DNA of 63,315 bases, the filler included, from Psammoneis japonica (lineage: Eukaryota), in NCBI GenBank assembly GCA_008632985.1. It is 3 parts of 3 records of this genome, joined end to end, with 100 filler letters (N's around TTAATTAATTAA, not from the genome) between each part and the next. Parts side by side here need not be neighbours in the genome. Positions count along the whole stretch, not along the records: positions 1 to 21,993 come from QPGO01000460.1; 2 more parts are not named here. One strand, given 5' to 3'. A program made the translations under genes and the position numbers. This document shows, in pieces, positions 1 through 10,758 of this stretch. Within the stretch, counting starts at the first letter, position 1, and each line of letters opens with the position of its first letter. The notes under the pieces were generated by a model, which was not told the DNA's origin, searched no databases, and was given only the letters and a program-made list of their open reading frames with translations.

Positions 1-1542
1 GGGGAGCATGAAGACGCCACTGCCAAAATGTTGGCTGCCACCTGCTCTGCCATTGACGAAGACCTCATTGCCACCACTCGACTTGCAGGAGCTCAGCACA
101 CACAGGACAGGCAATGCCTGTGTGATCTCTTGAAGAAGCCAGTGACAGGGGGGGGCGGGTGGGCTTTTGTCAAACCTTCCAATCACAACCACAATGGTCG
201 CACTGCCTTCTTTGCACTCAAGAGGCAGGCGGAAGGTCGGCTGCTGCCACCACCCAAAAAAACGTGCCTGTGCACAGATTGCTGCCGCAAAGTGCACCGG
301 ATGGGGTTGTTTTACTTTCGACCAGCATGCTCAACGCCATCAGAAAGCTCACAACGACTTGCCCAAGCTTGATGAGCCGGCAGCCGAGACCAAGAAGGTC
401 TCTGACTTTCTCAAGGGTGTCTCGGACCCTGGGTTGGAGACTGGCAAGAGTGCAGTGGATGGAGACCCAACAAAGCCAGTGGATTTCGAAGCATGCCAGC
501 AGCGTGTGAAGACTCTGGCAGAAAATGCTGAGAACCGCAACGCTGATGCTTGCGGAATCACACCCGTCCAACGCCGCAACAACTGGTGCAGAAACCCTGG
601 ATGCAAGCACCAACCAAAAAAGGACAAGCCCAGGATCAGGGCAGGCCACTGTCCCATTGAAGAGTGGAGTGCTCTTGATGGTCCTGGGCAAGAGCAAGTC
701 AAGAAGCTCTGTGAGGCCAAAAAAGTCAAGAAGAAATGCAAAGCAGCAGCTGCATCTTCAGAGGCTGAGTCGGTTGATGTCGAAACTTGCGATGTTAAAA
801 AGGTGGCTGTTGCCGAGCCTGAACCCAAACCTGCTGATGAACAAAAGGACTCCAAAGAGTTGGGCAAACCTGCTGCCAACGCAGGCAAGCAGCTCAGACG
901 CAGTGCCCACAAGAAACCTCAGAAAGAGGCATGAACAGCTGCTCCAGCACCAAAAAGCACAGAGCCGACTGTTGCTGAACCTGCTGGCACTGTGCATTTG
1001 TCTGGGCAATTCTCAAAGGATGTGTGTCTCTTTGTCATCTGCTGGACATTCAGATGGTGAAGCAACCAATGACTTGGACTCGCGTGCTGATGCGTGTGCT
1101 GTTGGGTCCAATTTTGCAATGCACTCTGACATCGACAAGCACTGTCATGGTGCACCCTTGCTCCGAAGAGCGCGCGCCAATGAAAAACATTCCCATTTGC
1201 ACGGCTGCTGCTGTGTGGGTTGATCCAACTGATGGACAACCACACCTGCTGTCAGTCCATGAGGCCATGTGTTTTGGGGACAGGATGACTGACACTCTGC
1301 TGTGCCCCAACCAACTGCAAGCAAATGGACTGACTGCCCATGACACCCCTCGCCAGTTTGATTCTAACAGCACACACTCTGTTGCTTTCCCTGACTCGAA
1401 GATCAGGGTGCCATTGCACATGCGAGGTGTTGCTTCAGTTTTTGACTCACACAAGCCGACAAAGGAGGATCTGGAGAACCTTCCCCAGCTGGAACTCACA
1501 TCACCCCTGAGATGGGAGCCTTCTGCTGATGCCATGGCGCAC
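1..1542 (+). pseudogene. copia gag C-terminal part and aspartic protease (mutated)
   Basis: gag-like KKVSDFLKGVSDPGLE; protease DLDS(H>R)AD(T>A)C; TLLCPNQLQANG..HDTPRQFD..LTSPLRWEP typical of diatom copia pol. Confidence 0.85.
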
Positions 1543-4085
1543 TGAATGCAAACCAAAACGCGGCTCCCACAAAAAGAAAAAAGAAGTCATGACACGAGGA
1601 CAGCCAATTGGCTGCCTTTGCATTGTTGGCAATGATCGATTCTCGCGCAATTCCATGCATTCCTTGTGGCCACAATTCTGCCTTTGTTTCATGGCTGCAC
1701 CCTCTGCGTGTTTTTCCGCACGCGCTCCTTTGCCAACATGCCATTGTTCCATGATCAGCGACAATCTCATGCAGTGGAAAACGAATTGCGTCCATTTTCA
1801 AATGGCTGATCTCCCAATCTCTCAACTGCTCTCTGTCCACACCTGCCAAGCTCCAAAGACCCCCCCCTCTGCCTGCTGTCCTTTTAAGTTCTCTGCTTCA
1901 TGCAGCGAACACCCTTCCATCTTTGCTGCTTCCAGAAGTGTGAATTCGAGATCAACTCGGCTTGATTTGGATCTTTGCCTGTTGCCAATGCTTCCTGCCA
2001 AGTTCCTGTGCAAGACTCAGCACAAGTTCTACGTGTCATAAAGACATTTTCTGATGGCCTGTTTTCCGGTCATCCAACGGCTCTCCATCTGCACCTGCCT
2101 AGCTCCAATGACCCCCCCTTTCCTCAGTGCCTTTTCAAGTTCTTTGCTCTGTGTGGTGAACTCCTTTTTGTTGTTGCTGCCACCAGAAGTTTGACTTTGA
2201 GACCAACTCGGTGGTTGGTGATGTTTTGGTCCCTGTTTGTGAAATTTGCGGTGTTTGCTCTGTTTCAGATCCCTTCTCACTTTGGAATGTTCCAGCACGG
2301 CTTGCTTCAGTGGAATGATCAGATCCAGCCAGAAGCAAAGAGCCACTCCATTGCTGTGGTTTCAAGTGCTTTGAAGGTGCCAAATCAATTTGCTGTTGCT
2401 GTCACAATTCTGCCTTTGTTTCACGGCCATGCCCTCTGCGTGGTTTTCTGCGCAAGCTCTGGTGCAGATGTTGCCTTTTTCTGACGGTGCAATGACGGCT
2501 CTCACCTGCCTGTTCAGACGTGTTCCTTTGTCGACATGCCATTGTTCTGTGATCATTGACAATCTTGTGCAGTGGAGAACGAATTGCACCCAGCTCTCTT
2601 GGCTCAATCGCTCAACGTTTTTCTCGGTGTTTTTTGTTCTCGCGTGCAAAGTTTCCACACAGGTCTCAGTGCAAATTCTACGTGTTTTGCAAGTCATTTC
2701 AGATGGACAACTCGTCAAATTGCCGATTGCTCTCTCTCCATGCCTCTCAAGCATCAACGACCCCCCTTCTCTCTGTTGTCTGTTCAAGTTTCCTGTGTTG
2801 TGTGGCGAACATCTTCCTGTCGTTGTTCCTTTCAGAAGTTTGAAGAAGAGACCAATTCAGTGTGCATTGGCCAATCTTCCGCGTGCCGACAAGTCCACAC
2901 AAGTTTCAGTGCAAGTTCTGCGTGTCAAGGAAATGTTTTAAAACGGCCGATCTCCCAATCACTCGACTGCTCTCCATCCACAACTGCCAAGCTCCAAAGA
3001 CCCCCCCTCCACCTGCTGTCCTTTCAAGTTCTCTGCTTCATGCAGTGAACACCCTTCCATCTTTGCTGCTTCCAGAAGTGTGAATTTGAGATCAACTCGG
3101 CTTGATTTGGCTTTTTGCCTTTTTGCCGATGCTTCCTGCCAAGTTCCTACGCGAGACTCAGCACAAGTTCTGCGTGTCATGAAAACATTTTCTGACGGCC
3201 TGTTTTCCGATCATCCGACGGCTCTCCATCCATGCCTGCCAAGCTCCAGTGACTCCCCCTTTCCTCAGTGCCTTTTTGAGTTCTTTGCTCCATGTCATGA
3301 ACTCCTTTTTGTTGTTGCTGCTGCCAGAGGTTTGACTTTGAGACCAACTCGGTGGCTGGTGATGTTTTGGTCCCTGTTTGTGAAATTTACGGTGTTTGCT
3401 CTGTTTCAGATCCCTTCTCACTTTGGAGTGTTCCAACATGGCTTGCTTCAGTGGAATGATCAGATCCAGTCAGAAGCAAAGAGCCACTCCATTGCTGTGG
3501 TTTCAAGTGCTTTGAAGGTGCCAAATCAATTTGCCGTTGCTGTCTGTGACACTGCTCCCAGCTGTTCCCGGTGGGCGTCATCATTTGTTGGTGACGCCCA
3601 TCTTGGCTGGTCGCCATGCATTCCTGCCGCGCTGTTGGTGCGCTGGGGGTGTGGGTCAGCTTGTTGCCAGAGTTGCAGGAATTTTGGTTTTGTTTTTAAT
3701 TTGCTGTTGCTGTCTGTGACACCACTCCCAACTGTTCCTGGCGGGCATCATCATTTGTTGGTGACACCCATCTTGGCCAATCGCAATGCACTCCTGCCAC
3801 ACTGTTGGTGCGCTGGGGGTGTGGGTTGGCTTGTTGCCGGAGTTGCAGGGTGGAAGTGCAGCAGCACCACAAATGCAGAATTTTGGTTTTGATGCCATGG
3901 CGCAAAAGGAGGAAGCGCACGCATGTGCCAGTGAGCACAAGAACACACCCGGGCATGCTGCAAAGCACGTGCTTCAAGTGTGGAGGAGGAGATGCATTTG
4001 CAAAATTGCCTCTTTTTCTGTTGGCGATCATTCACATGTTCATTGCCCAATGATTTTGCTGCAGAGCTTGCACGCAGAATTCTGC
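1543..4085. repeat. Nested insertion of an unidentified degenerate repeat built from ~240-250-bp subunits, an ~1.14-kb duplication and a 170-bp tandem duplication
   Basis: Breaks copia between protease and integrase. 1790-2400 matches 2930-3540; subunit anchors near 2660/2900/3153; 3541-3710 matches 3711-3890. Right boundary approximate. Confidence 0.75.
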
Positions 4086-4089
4086 GGGC

Positions 4090-7000
4090 CCAATGTCACA
4101 AAAAGTCCCATCTGGGGCTGGAACCCATCTGAGGGAGACGGGCTGCATGACCGGTGCAACCCAGACATCCACCTGGATTGTGCCAAGCGGAAATGGGTGC
4201 ATGCACTGTTGACCTCAAGTCGTGCATCAACCATCACACCCGAGATGCTCTCCAAGAGGTGGAACATTGGTTTGACGGCCACCAAGAACACCCTCAGAGT
4301 GACGACCCAGGCAGGGGTCTGCAATGTCTGCGTGCCATCCGAGCAGAAAGTCTGGAAGAAAGCCCTGTGGCTTGAGTTCCCTGCTGTCAAGAGACACTTC
4401 TGCTCTGACCAGATGTTTTCGAAGGTCAGGTCAATGCATGGCAAGATGGGAGGAAGCGCATTTGCCAACAGAAGAGGGCATGACAAGCTCCATCCTTGGA
4501 AGAGAAACAGGACCACCCAAATGCCATCATGTCATTTGTGCATGGCGTTGGCATTCTGCAAGTCCTTGTGTTGGATGGCACACCGGAAATGGCAGAAGGC
4601 CAGACCAAGGAGATTTGCAAGGAATGCACCAGGAGGTGTCCACCCCGCACAGCCCCTGGCAGAACCTGGCCGAGGCATCCATCCATGAGTTGAAGAAGAG
4701 AGTCCGAGTGACTCTGCGCCGGACTGGCGCTCACAGGTGACTTTGGTCCCACAGTGCCAAATGGACATGTGATGTCCAACGCATGATTGCGACTGCCAGC
4801 ACATCGGACATGGGAGGACGAGTCCCAGAAGAAGAGGTGACAGGTTCAACACCTGACATTTCATCGCTCTCTCTCTTTGATTGGTGTCAACCTGTCTGCT
4901 GTCACATGCCTGTGGCAGAGTTCCAACACATTGAGAAGTGCATTGGCTTTTGGCTTGGAGCAGCCGACAACTGCAACTGCACTGACGACATGGCATTTGT
5001 CATCCTGCCCGAATCAGGCAGACCCATCATTCGGAAAGATGTGTGGGCCATGCCGGAGGATGACCTTAAAACTCCGGCGATCAAAACGGATCTTGCGTCA
5101 GTCAATCAGGCCTTGATCGAATGACTTGACATCCCGGAACAGGGCGCCAATGCTGACTTCCCTGAACTCCCTGATGACTTCATGGACGAATGGGGCAATG
5201 CTGTCAAACCCATGGAACCCGATGCTTCCAAACCAGAAGCTGATGAGCACACCCTGGAGGGGCCAGATGAACACCTCACAGCTCAAGTCATGTCACCACG
5301 TGGAGGCCAGCTGACTCATGCTGGGGTCATTGCATGCAAATGAGATGATGACGGGGTTCCCATTGGCACTGGGAATGACAACCCTGTCCCAGACTCGAGG
5401 ACACACGATGTGGAGTTTCCTGATGGATCCACTGATTCCTGTGCCACTGATGCAATTGCAAAGAACCTGTTCACTCAGATGGACTCTGAAGGGAATGACT
5501 GCCAGATCATGAAGGATGCAGTCGATCACCGATGTGATGCCCGTGCCGCAACGGCTGATGATGGGTGCATGACAACTGAGACTGGCAGGCACGCTCCTGG
5601 GAGGATGACCGCAGGCTGGGACCTGCAAGTCAAATGAAAGGACGGGACTGCATCCTGGGTTCCCCTCAAGGATTTGAAGGAATCTGACCCAGTCGAGGTT
5701 GCTGAGTGCGCTGCAGCAAACAAGGCAGCTGGTGAACCATCTTTTAACTGGTGGGTCCGAGACGTCTTGCATCACAGGTCAAGGATCCTGAAGAAAGTCA
5801 AGTCGCGTTGCTGGAAACGCGCGCACAAGTTCAGAGCTGAGCTCCCAAAATCTGTTGAGGAAGCTGTGGAGACAGACAACAGAGTGGGGGCTGACTTTTG
5901 GTTCAAGGCCATTGAGAAGGAAATGCGCAACGTCATGCATGTGTTCGAATTCTGTGATGATGACACTGCACCGGTCGGGCACAATCACATTGATTGTCAC
6001 ATGATCTTTGACATCAAGAGCACCCTCCAACGCAAAGCAAGGTTTGTGGCCGGAGGCCATCAAACCGATCCACCCAAGGAATTGACTTGTTCCAGTGTGG
6101 CATCACATGACAGCGCTGGGACAGCATTCACTGCAGCAGCTCTGAATGACCTGGAGGTCCTGAGTGCTGACGTTCAGAGTGCCCACTTGAACGCACACAC
6201 TGAGGAGAAGTGTTGCACTGCTGCTGGCTTGGAATTTGGGAAGCACAATGAAGGAAGGCCGGCAATTGTTGTCTGAGCCTTGTGTGGTCTCAAGTCTTCA
6301 GGTGCAAGATTCAGGGAACACATGGCAGCCACCTTGCATGACGCTGGGTTCGAGTCTTGCAAGGCTGACCCGGACATCTGGATGTGAGCTGCGGTCAAGC
6401 CAGGTGGCTTCAAGCACTGGGAACATGTGCTTGTGTGCATGGATGACTTGTTGTGCATCTCCCATGAACCTCAGAAGGTCGTGGATCATGTGAGCTCCAG
6501 GCACGGGCTCAAGGACGGAAGTGTCTGCGAGCCAGAAGAGTGCTTGGGTGCCCAGATCAGAAAGTGCCAGTTGTCTGACTTGGATGGCAAGCCGCGCTGG
6601 GCCATGTCCTCTGACCTTTGTGTCAAAAGGGCATTGGCCAATGTTGAGTTGGAGCTCAAGAAAACTGGCGGGCCTTCCAACAAAGGCGTTGATGCCCTTG
6701 AGCTCAGGGCATGGGCCTGAGCTGGATGGCTCACCTGAGTTGAGTGCCAAAATGGCCAACTGCTGCCAAGGTTTTGTTGGTGTGCTGCGATGGACAGTTG
6801 AGCTGAGGCAACTGGACATTTTTGTTGCTTCCTCACTCATGTCCTCCTGCTTGGCAGCACCACAAGTTCAACACCTGGGCAAGGTGCTCCATGTCTTTGC
6901 GTGCTTGAAGGCTCGCTCCAAGTCTGCGCCAGTGTTCGACGATGCTGAGCCGGTCTTTGACGAGAGCAGTTTTGCCAAGTGCAACTGGGGAGAACATTGT

Positions 7001-7570
7001 CCTGGTGCGGCTGAACCAATTCCGCTGAACATGCCAGAAGCACGTGGGAACAGCCTGGTGCGGCTGAACCAATTCCGCCGAACATGCCAGAAGCACGTGG
7101 GAACAGCATGACTGCTGCTTGCTTTGTTGGCGCTGATCATGCCAGATGCTGTGTGACGTGCAGGCCCCACACTGGGATCCTGACATTCAACAACGAGCTC
7201 CCATCTTGTGTTGCTCTGAGTGGCAGAATGCCATGGAATCATCCACTTTTGGGTCAGAGTTCATGGCAATGAAGACTGCAGTGGAGCAAATTGAAGCCTT
7301 GCATTGCAAGCTGCGGATGCTGGGAATCCCCATGGATGGAGCCACTGATGTCGTCTGTGACAATGAAGCTGTCTTCAAGAACTCAACTGAGCCGGAGTCT
7401 GCTTTGAAGAAGAAGCACAGTGTGATTGCCTGTCACAGGACTCATGAGGCACAAGCCGCTGGAACAGCACGCATTGCTTGGAAAGACGGGTGCACGAATT
7501 TGGCGGACATGCCAACCAAGTTTGTTGCCTGGGCTGAAGCTCCCGGAAATTGCAAGCGATGTCCTGTGGC
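4090..7570 (+). pseudogene. copia integrase, reverse transcriptase and RNase H (mutated)
   Basis: IN, RT and RH motifs in order across several frames; RT catalytic motif reads EHVLVCMDD at 6421-6447. Confidence 0.92.
7001..7106 (+). repeat. 53-bp tandem duplication inside copia RT/RH, also present in copy B (15131-15236)
   Basis: cctggtgcggctgaaccaattccgc(t/c)gaacatgccagaagcacgtgggaacag x2. Confidence 0.95.
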
Positions 7571-7714
7571 AAGCCCCAAAATGGGGCAAACAGAATGGGT
7601 TTGCTGTGCATGTGCGGCTTTTCTCATCCCCAAATGAAAATGATGCCCTGGAGCAGGGCAGCATCAGGTTGCACTTGTCTGTCAATCTGGCCCAAGTGGA
7701 GCCAGCATCAGTTC

Positions 7715-7906
7715 AAGGGGGCTGAACAAATGCTGGCACACTGTCACGAATGCTGGCAATTCACACACCATTGGCAATTGGTCCACTGTCACTCATTTGG
7801 TGGTCCCAGCAGCATGACATCTCACAACTGTGGAACCTGCTGATGCTGTCCAACACTCTGTCTTGTCTCACACCCAATTCTTGGCTGTCATGGCAGCGTT
7901 TGTTCA
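7715..7906 (+). repeat. Polypurine tract plus truncated 3' LTR (TG start at 7723)
   Basis: aagggggc|TGAACAAATGCTGGCACACTGTCAC follows RNase H; the same sequence starts at 10759 upstream of gag and at 15854. Confidence 0.8.
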
Positions 7907-9497
7907 ATCGCAAAGGCCAAAAAATCACAAAGGGCACAAAATGGCCAAGGGTGCAAAATCACAAAGGGTGCAAAATCACAAAGGGCGCAAAATGGCGGAA
8001 AAGGGCGCAAAATCACAAAGGGCGCAAAATCACAAAGGGCGCAAAATGGCCAAGGGCACAAAATCACAAAGGGTGCACAGTCACAAAGGGTGCAAAACGG
8101 CAGCAAAGGGTGCAAAATCACAAAGGGTGCAAAATGGCCGCAAAGGGTGCAAAATCACAAAGGGCGCAAAATGGCGGCAAAGGGTGCAAAATCACAAAGG
8201 GTGCAAAATGGCCAAGGGTGCAAAATCACAGAGGGTGCAAAATCACAAAGGGTGCAAAATGGTGGCAAAGGGTGCAAAATCACAAAGGGTGCAAAATCAC
8301 AAAGGGAGCAAAATGGCCAAGGGCGCAAAGTCGCAAAGGGCTCAAAATCACAAAGGGTGCAAAATGGCCAAGGGTGCAAAATCACAAAGGGTGCAAAATC
8401 ACAAAGGGTGCAAAATGGCTGCAAAGGGCACAAAATCACAAAGGGCGCAAAATGGCGGCAAAGGGCGCAAAATCACAAAGGGTGCAAAATCACAAAGGGC
8501 GCAAAATCACAAAGGGTGCAAAATCACAAAGGGTGCAAAATGGCCAAGGGTGCAAAATCACAAAGGGTGCAAAATGCCGGCAAAGGGTGCAAAATCACAA
8601 AGGGTGCACAATGGCCAAGGGTGCAAAATCACAAAGCACAGAAAATGGCGGCAAAGGGCGCAAAATCACAAAGGGTGCAAAATGGCCAAGGGTGCAAAAT
8701 CACAAAGGGTGCAAAATCACAAAGGGCAGAAAATGGCGGCAAAGGGCTCAAAATCACAAAGGGTGCAAAATGGCCGCAAAGGGTGCAAAATCACAAAGGG
8801 CGCAAAATGGCGGCAAAGGGCGCAAAATCACAAAGGGTGCAAAATGGCCAAGGGTGCAAAATCAAAAAGCGCAGAAAATGGCGGCAAAGGGCGCAAAATC
8901 ACAAAGGGCGCAAAATGGCCAAGGGTGCAAAATCACAAAGGGTGCAAAATCACAAAGGGCAGAAAATGGCGGCAAAGGGCTCAAAGTCACAAAGGGTGCA
9001 CAATGGCCAAGGGTGCAAAATCACAAAGGGTGCAAAGTCACAAAGGGTGCAAAATGGCGGCAAAGGGTGCAAAATCACAAAGGGTGCAAAATGGCCAAGG
9101 GCGCAAAATCACAAAGGGCGCAAAATCACAAAGGGTGCAAAATGGCCAAGGGTGCAAAATCACAAAGGGCACAAAATGGCGGCAAAGGGTGCAAAATCAC
9201 AAAGGGTGCAAAATCACAAAGTGTGCAAAATCACAAAGGGAGCAAAATGGCCAAGGGCGAAAATCGCAAATGGTGCAAAATCACAAAGGGCAGAAAATGG
9301 TGGCAAAGGGCGCAAAATCACAAAGGGTGCAAAATGGCCAAGGGCACAAAATCACAAAGGGTGCAAAGTGGCGGCAAAGGGCGCAAAATCACAAAGGTTG
9401 CAAAATGGCGGCAAAGGGCGCAAAATCACAAATGGTGCAAAATGGCGGCAAAGGGCGCAAAATCACAAAGGGTGCAAAATGGCCAAGGGCGCAAAGT
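7907..9497 (+). repeat. Complex satellite of CAAAATCACAAAGGGTG (17), CAAAATGGCCAAGGGTG (17) and CAAAATGGCGGCAAAGGGTG (20) units
   Basis: Directly visible tandem array of three interleaved unit types. Confidence 0.97.
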
Positions 9498-9566
9498 TGC
9501 TGGCCTTCCTTCGTTGTGCTTCCCAAATTCCAGGCCAGCAGCAGTGCAACACTTNCTCCTCAGTGG
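9498..9566 (-). other. ~68-bp inverted fragment of copia RT at the satellite inversion point
   Basis: Reverse complement matches ~6199-6266 (actgaggagaagtgttgcactgctgctggc...gaaggaaggcc); contains a single N. Confidence 0.85.
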
Positions 9567-9856
9567 CCATTTTGCGCCGTTGGCCATTTTGCTCCCTTTG
9601 TGATTTTGTGCCCTTGGCCATTTTGCTCCCTTTGTGAATTTGCGCCCTTGCCCATTTTGCACCCTTTGTGATTTTGCACCCTTTGCCGCCATTTTGCACC
9701 CTCAGGCAGAGGGGGCAAAGAGAAAGGATAAAGAAAAAATGAAAAACGCCAGCAAGCCAAAGAAGGACACGCCGACGTTGCTCCCTTTGTGAATTTGCGC
9801 CCTTGGCCATTTTGCACCCTTTGTGATTTTGCACCCTTTGCCGCCATTTTGCACCC
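9567..9856 (-). repeat. Same satellite in inverted orientation, with a 155-bp duplicated junction segment
   Basis: cacccttttgtgattttg-type units; ctcaggcagagggggcaaagagaaagg at both 9701 and 9856. Confidence 0.9.
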
Positions 9857-10551
9857 TCAGGCAGAGGGGGCAAAGAGAAAGGACAAAGAAAAAATGAAAA
9901 ACGCCAGCAAGCCAAAGAAGGACACGCCGAAGACAGGAAGAGTGGCGGCAGCACAACCGCCACCCACCCCAACAAATTTGGCAAAGAAAAAAAGATGCAC
10001 AACTGGCCGCGGAACAAAAAACAACAAAAATGAAGTTTGGGCAGTTGGGCACATGCATCGACCACAAAAATGTTTCTGTGGAGCACCGCAGTCTCGAAAT
10101 GGCTGCACTGCTGTGAACCCCACAACATTCGTTGTCCGCTTTTTGTTTTTGGGTTTGTGGTGATTTCAGCATTCAGTTGCTTGTTTTGGGTGTTGCTTCC
10201 AGTCAAGCTGTTGGTCACAACATGTGAAAACGATGCTCGACTGATTCGATTTGTGAAACGACGTGTCCTGAGCTCGACTGTGGACGCGAGTTAGATGCGG
10301 GCACGCGCCCATTTTGCATGGTCTGTCTGTTGACAGGAGCAAAATTGCATTGACAGCTTTGGCAAATGCACGCCCTGAGTTCGACTGTGAATGAGAAACA
10401 GACACGGGTGTGCATCCATTTTTGCATGGTCTGTCCTTCAACCGTGGCCACTTGGCATCGATCAGGTGGGGTCTGTCATTCAACCGGAAGCGTTTCGTGC
10501 CACCTCATGACCCAAACCCAAACCCTCCCATCCCAAATGCACCACATGTGA

Positions 10552-10758
10552 TGGTGGCAAAGGGCACAAAATCACAAAGGGCACAAAATGGCCAAGGGCG
10601 CAAAATCACAAAGGGCGCAAAATGGCAGCAAAGTGTGCAAAATCACAAAGGGTGCAAAATGACATGGCGGCAAAGGGTGCAAAATTGCAAAGGGCGCAAT
10701 GTGGCGGCAAAGGGTGCAAAATCACAAAGGGTGCAAAATCGCAGAGGGTGCAAAATCA
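10552..10758 (+). repeat. Satellite tract abutting the 5' LTR of copia copy B
   Basis: Same 17/20-bp units; ...gcaaaatca|TGAACAAA junction. Confidence 0.92.

Larger units (their letters stand above)
1..7906 (+). mobile_element. Degenerate Ty1/copia (diatom CoDi-like) LTR retrotransposon, copy A; 5' end outside window, interrupted by an insert at ~1543-4085, 3' LTR truncated by satellite
   Basis: Domain order gag-PR-IN-RT-RH. Motifs: protease DLDSRADACAVG (~1070), pre-integrase PEMLSKRWNIG, integrase PHSPWQNLAE (~4645), RT CHMIFDIK..RKARFVAGGH, ALCGLKSSG, CMDD, RNase H ESSTFGSEF..CDNEAV..NLADMPTK. Many stops and frameshifts. Confidence 0.93.

Noticed and set aside
7907..9497. CRISPR-like or telomeric array
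   Set aside because: No unique spacers and no cas genes in a eukaryotic context; units are not TTAGGG-type.
7750..9671. 500-600-aa K/G/Q-rich ORFs in all three plus frames (also 15961-16900)
   Set aside because: Translations of a stop-free satellite; being open in every frame indicates non-coding repeat.
10510..10530. cccaaacccaaaccc as a mutated telomere seed
   Set aside because: Only ~2.5 units, and CCCTAA>CCCAAA is a transversion that does not fit the observed spectrum.
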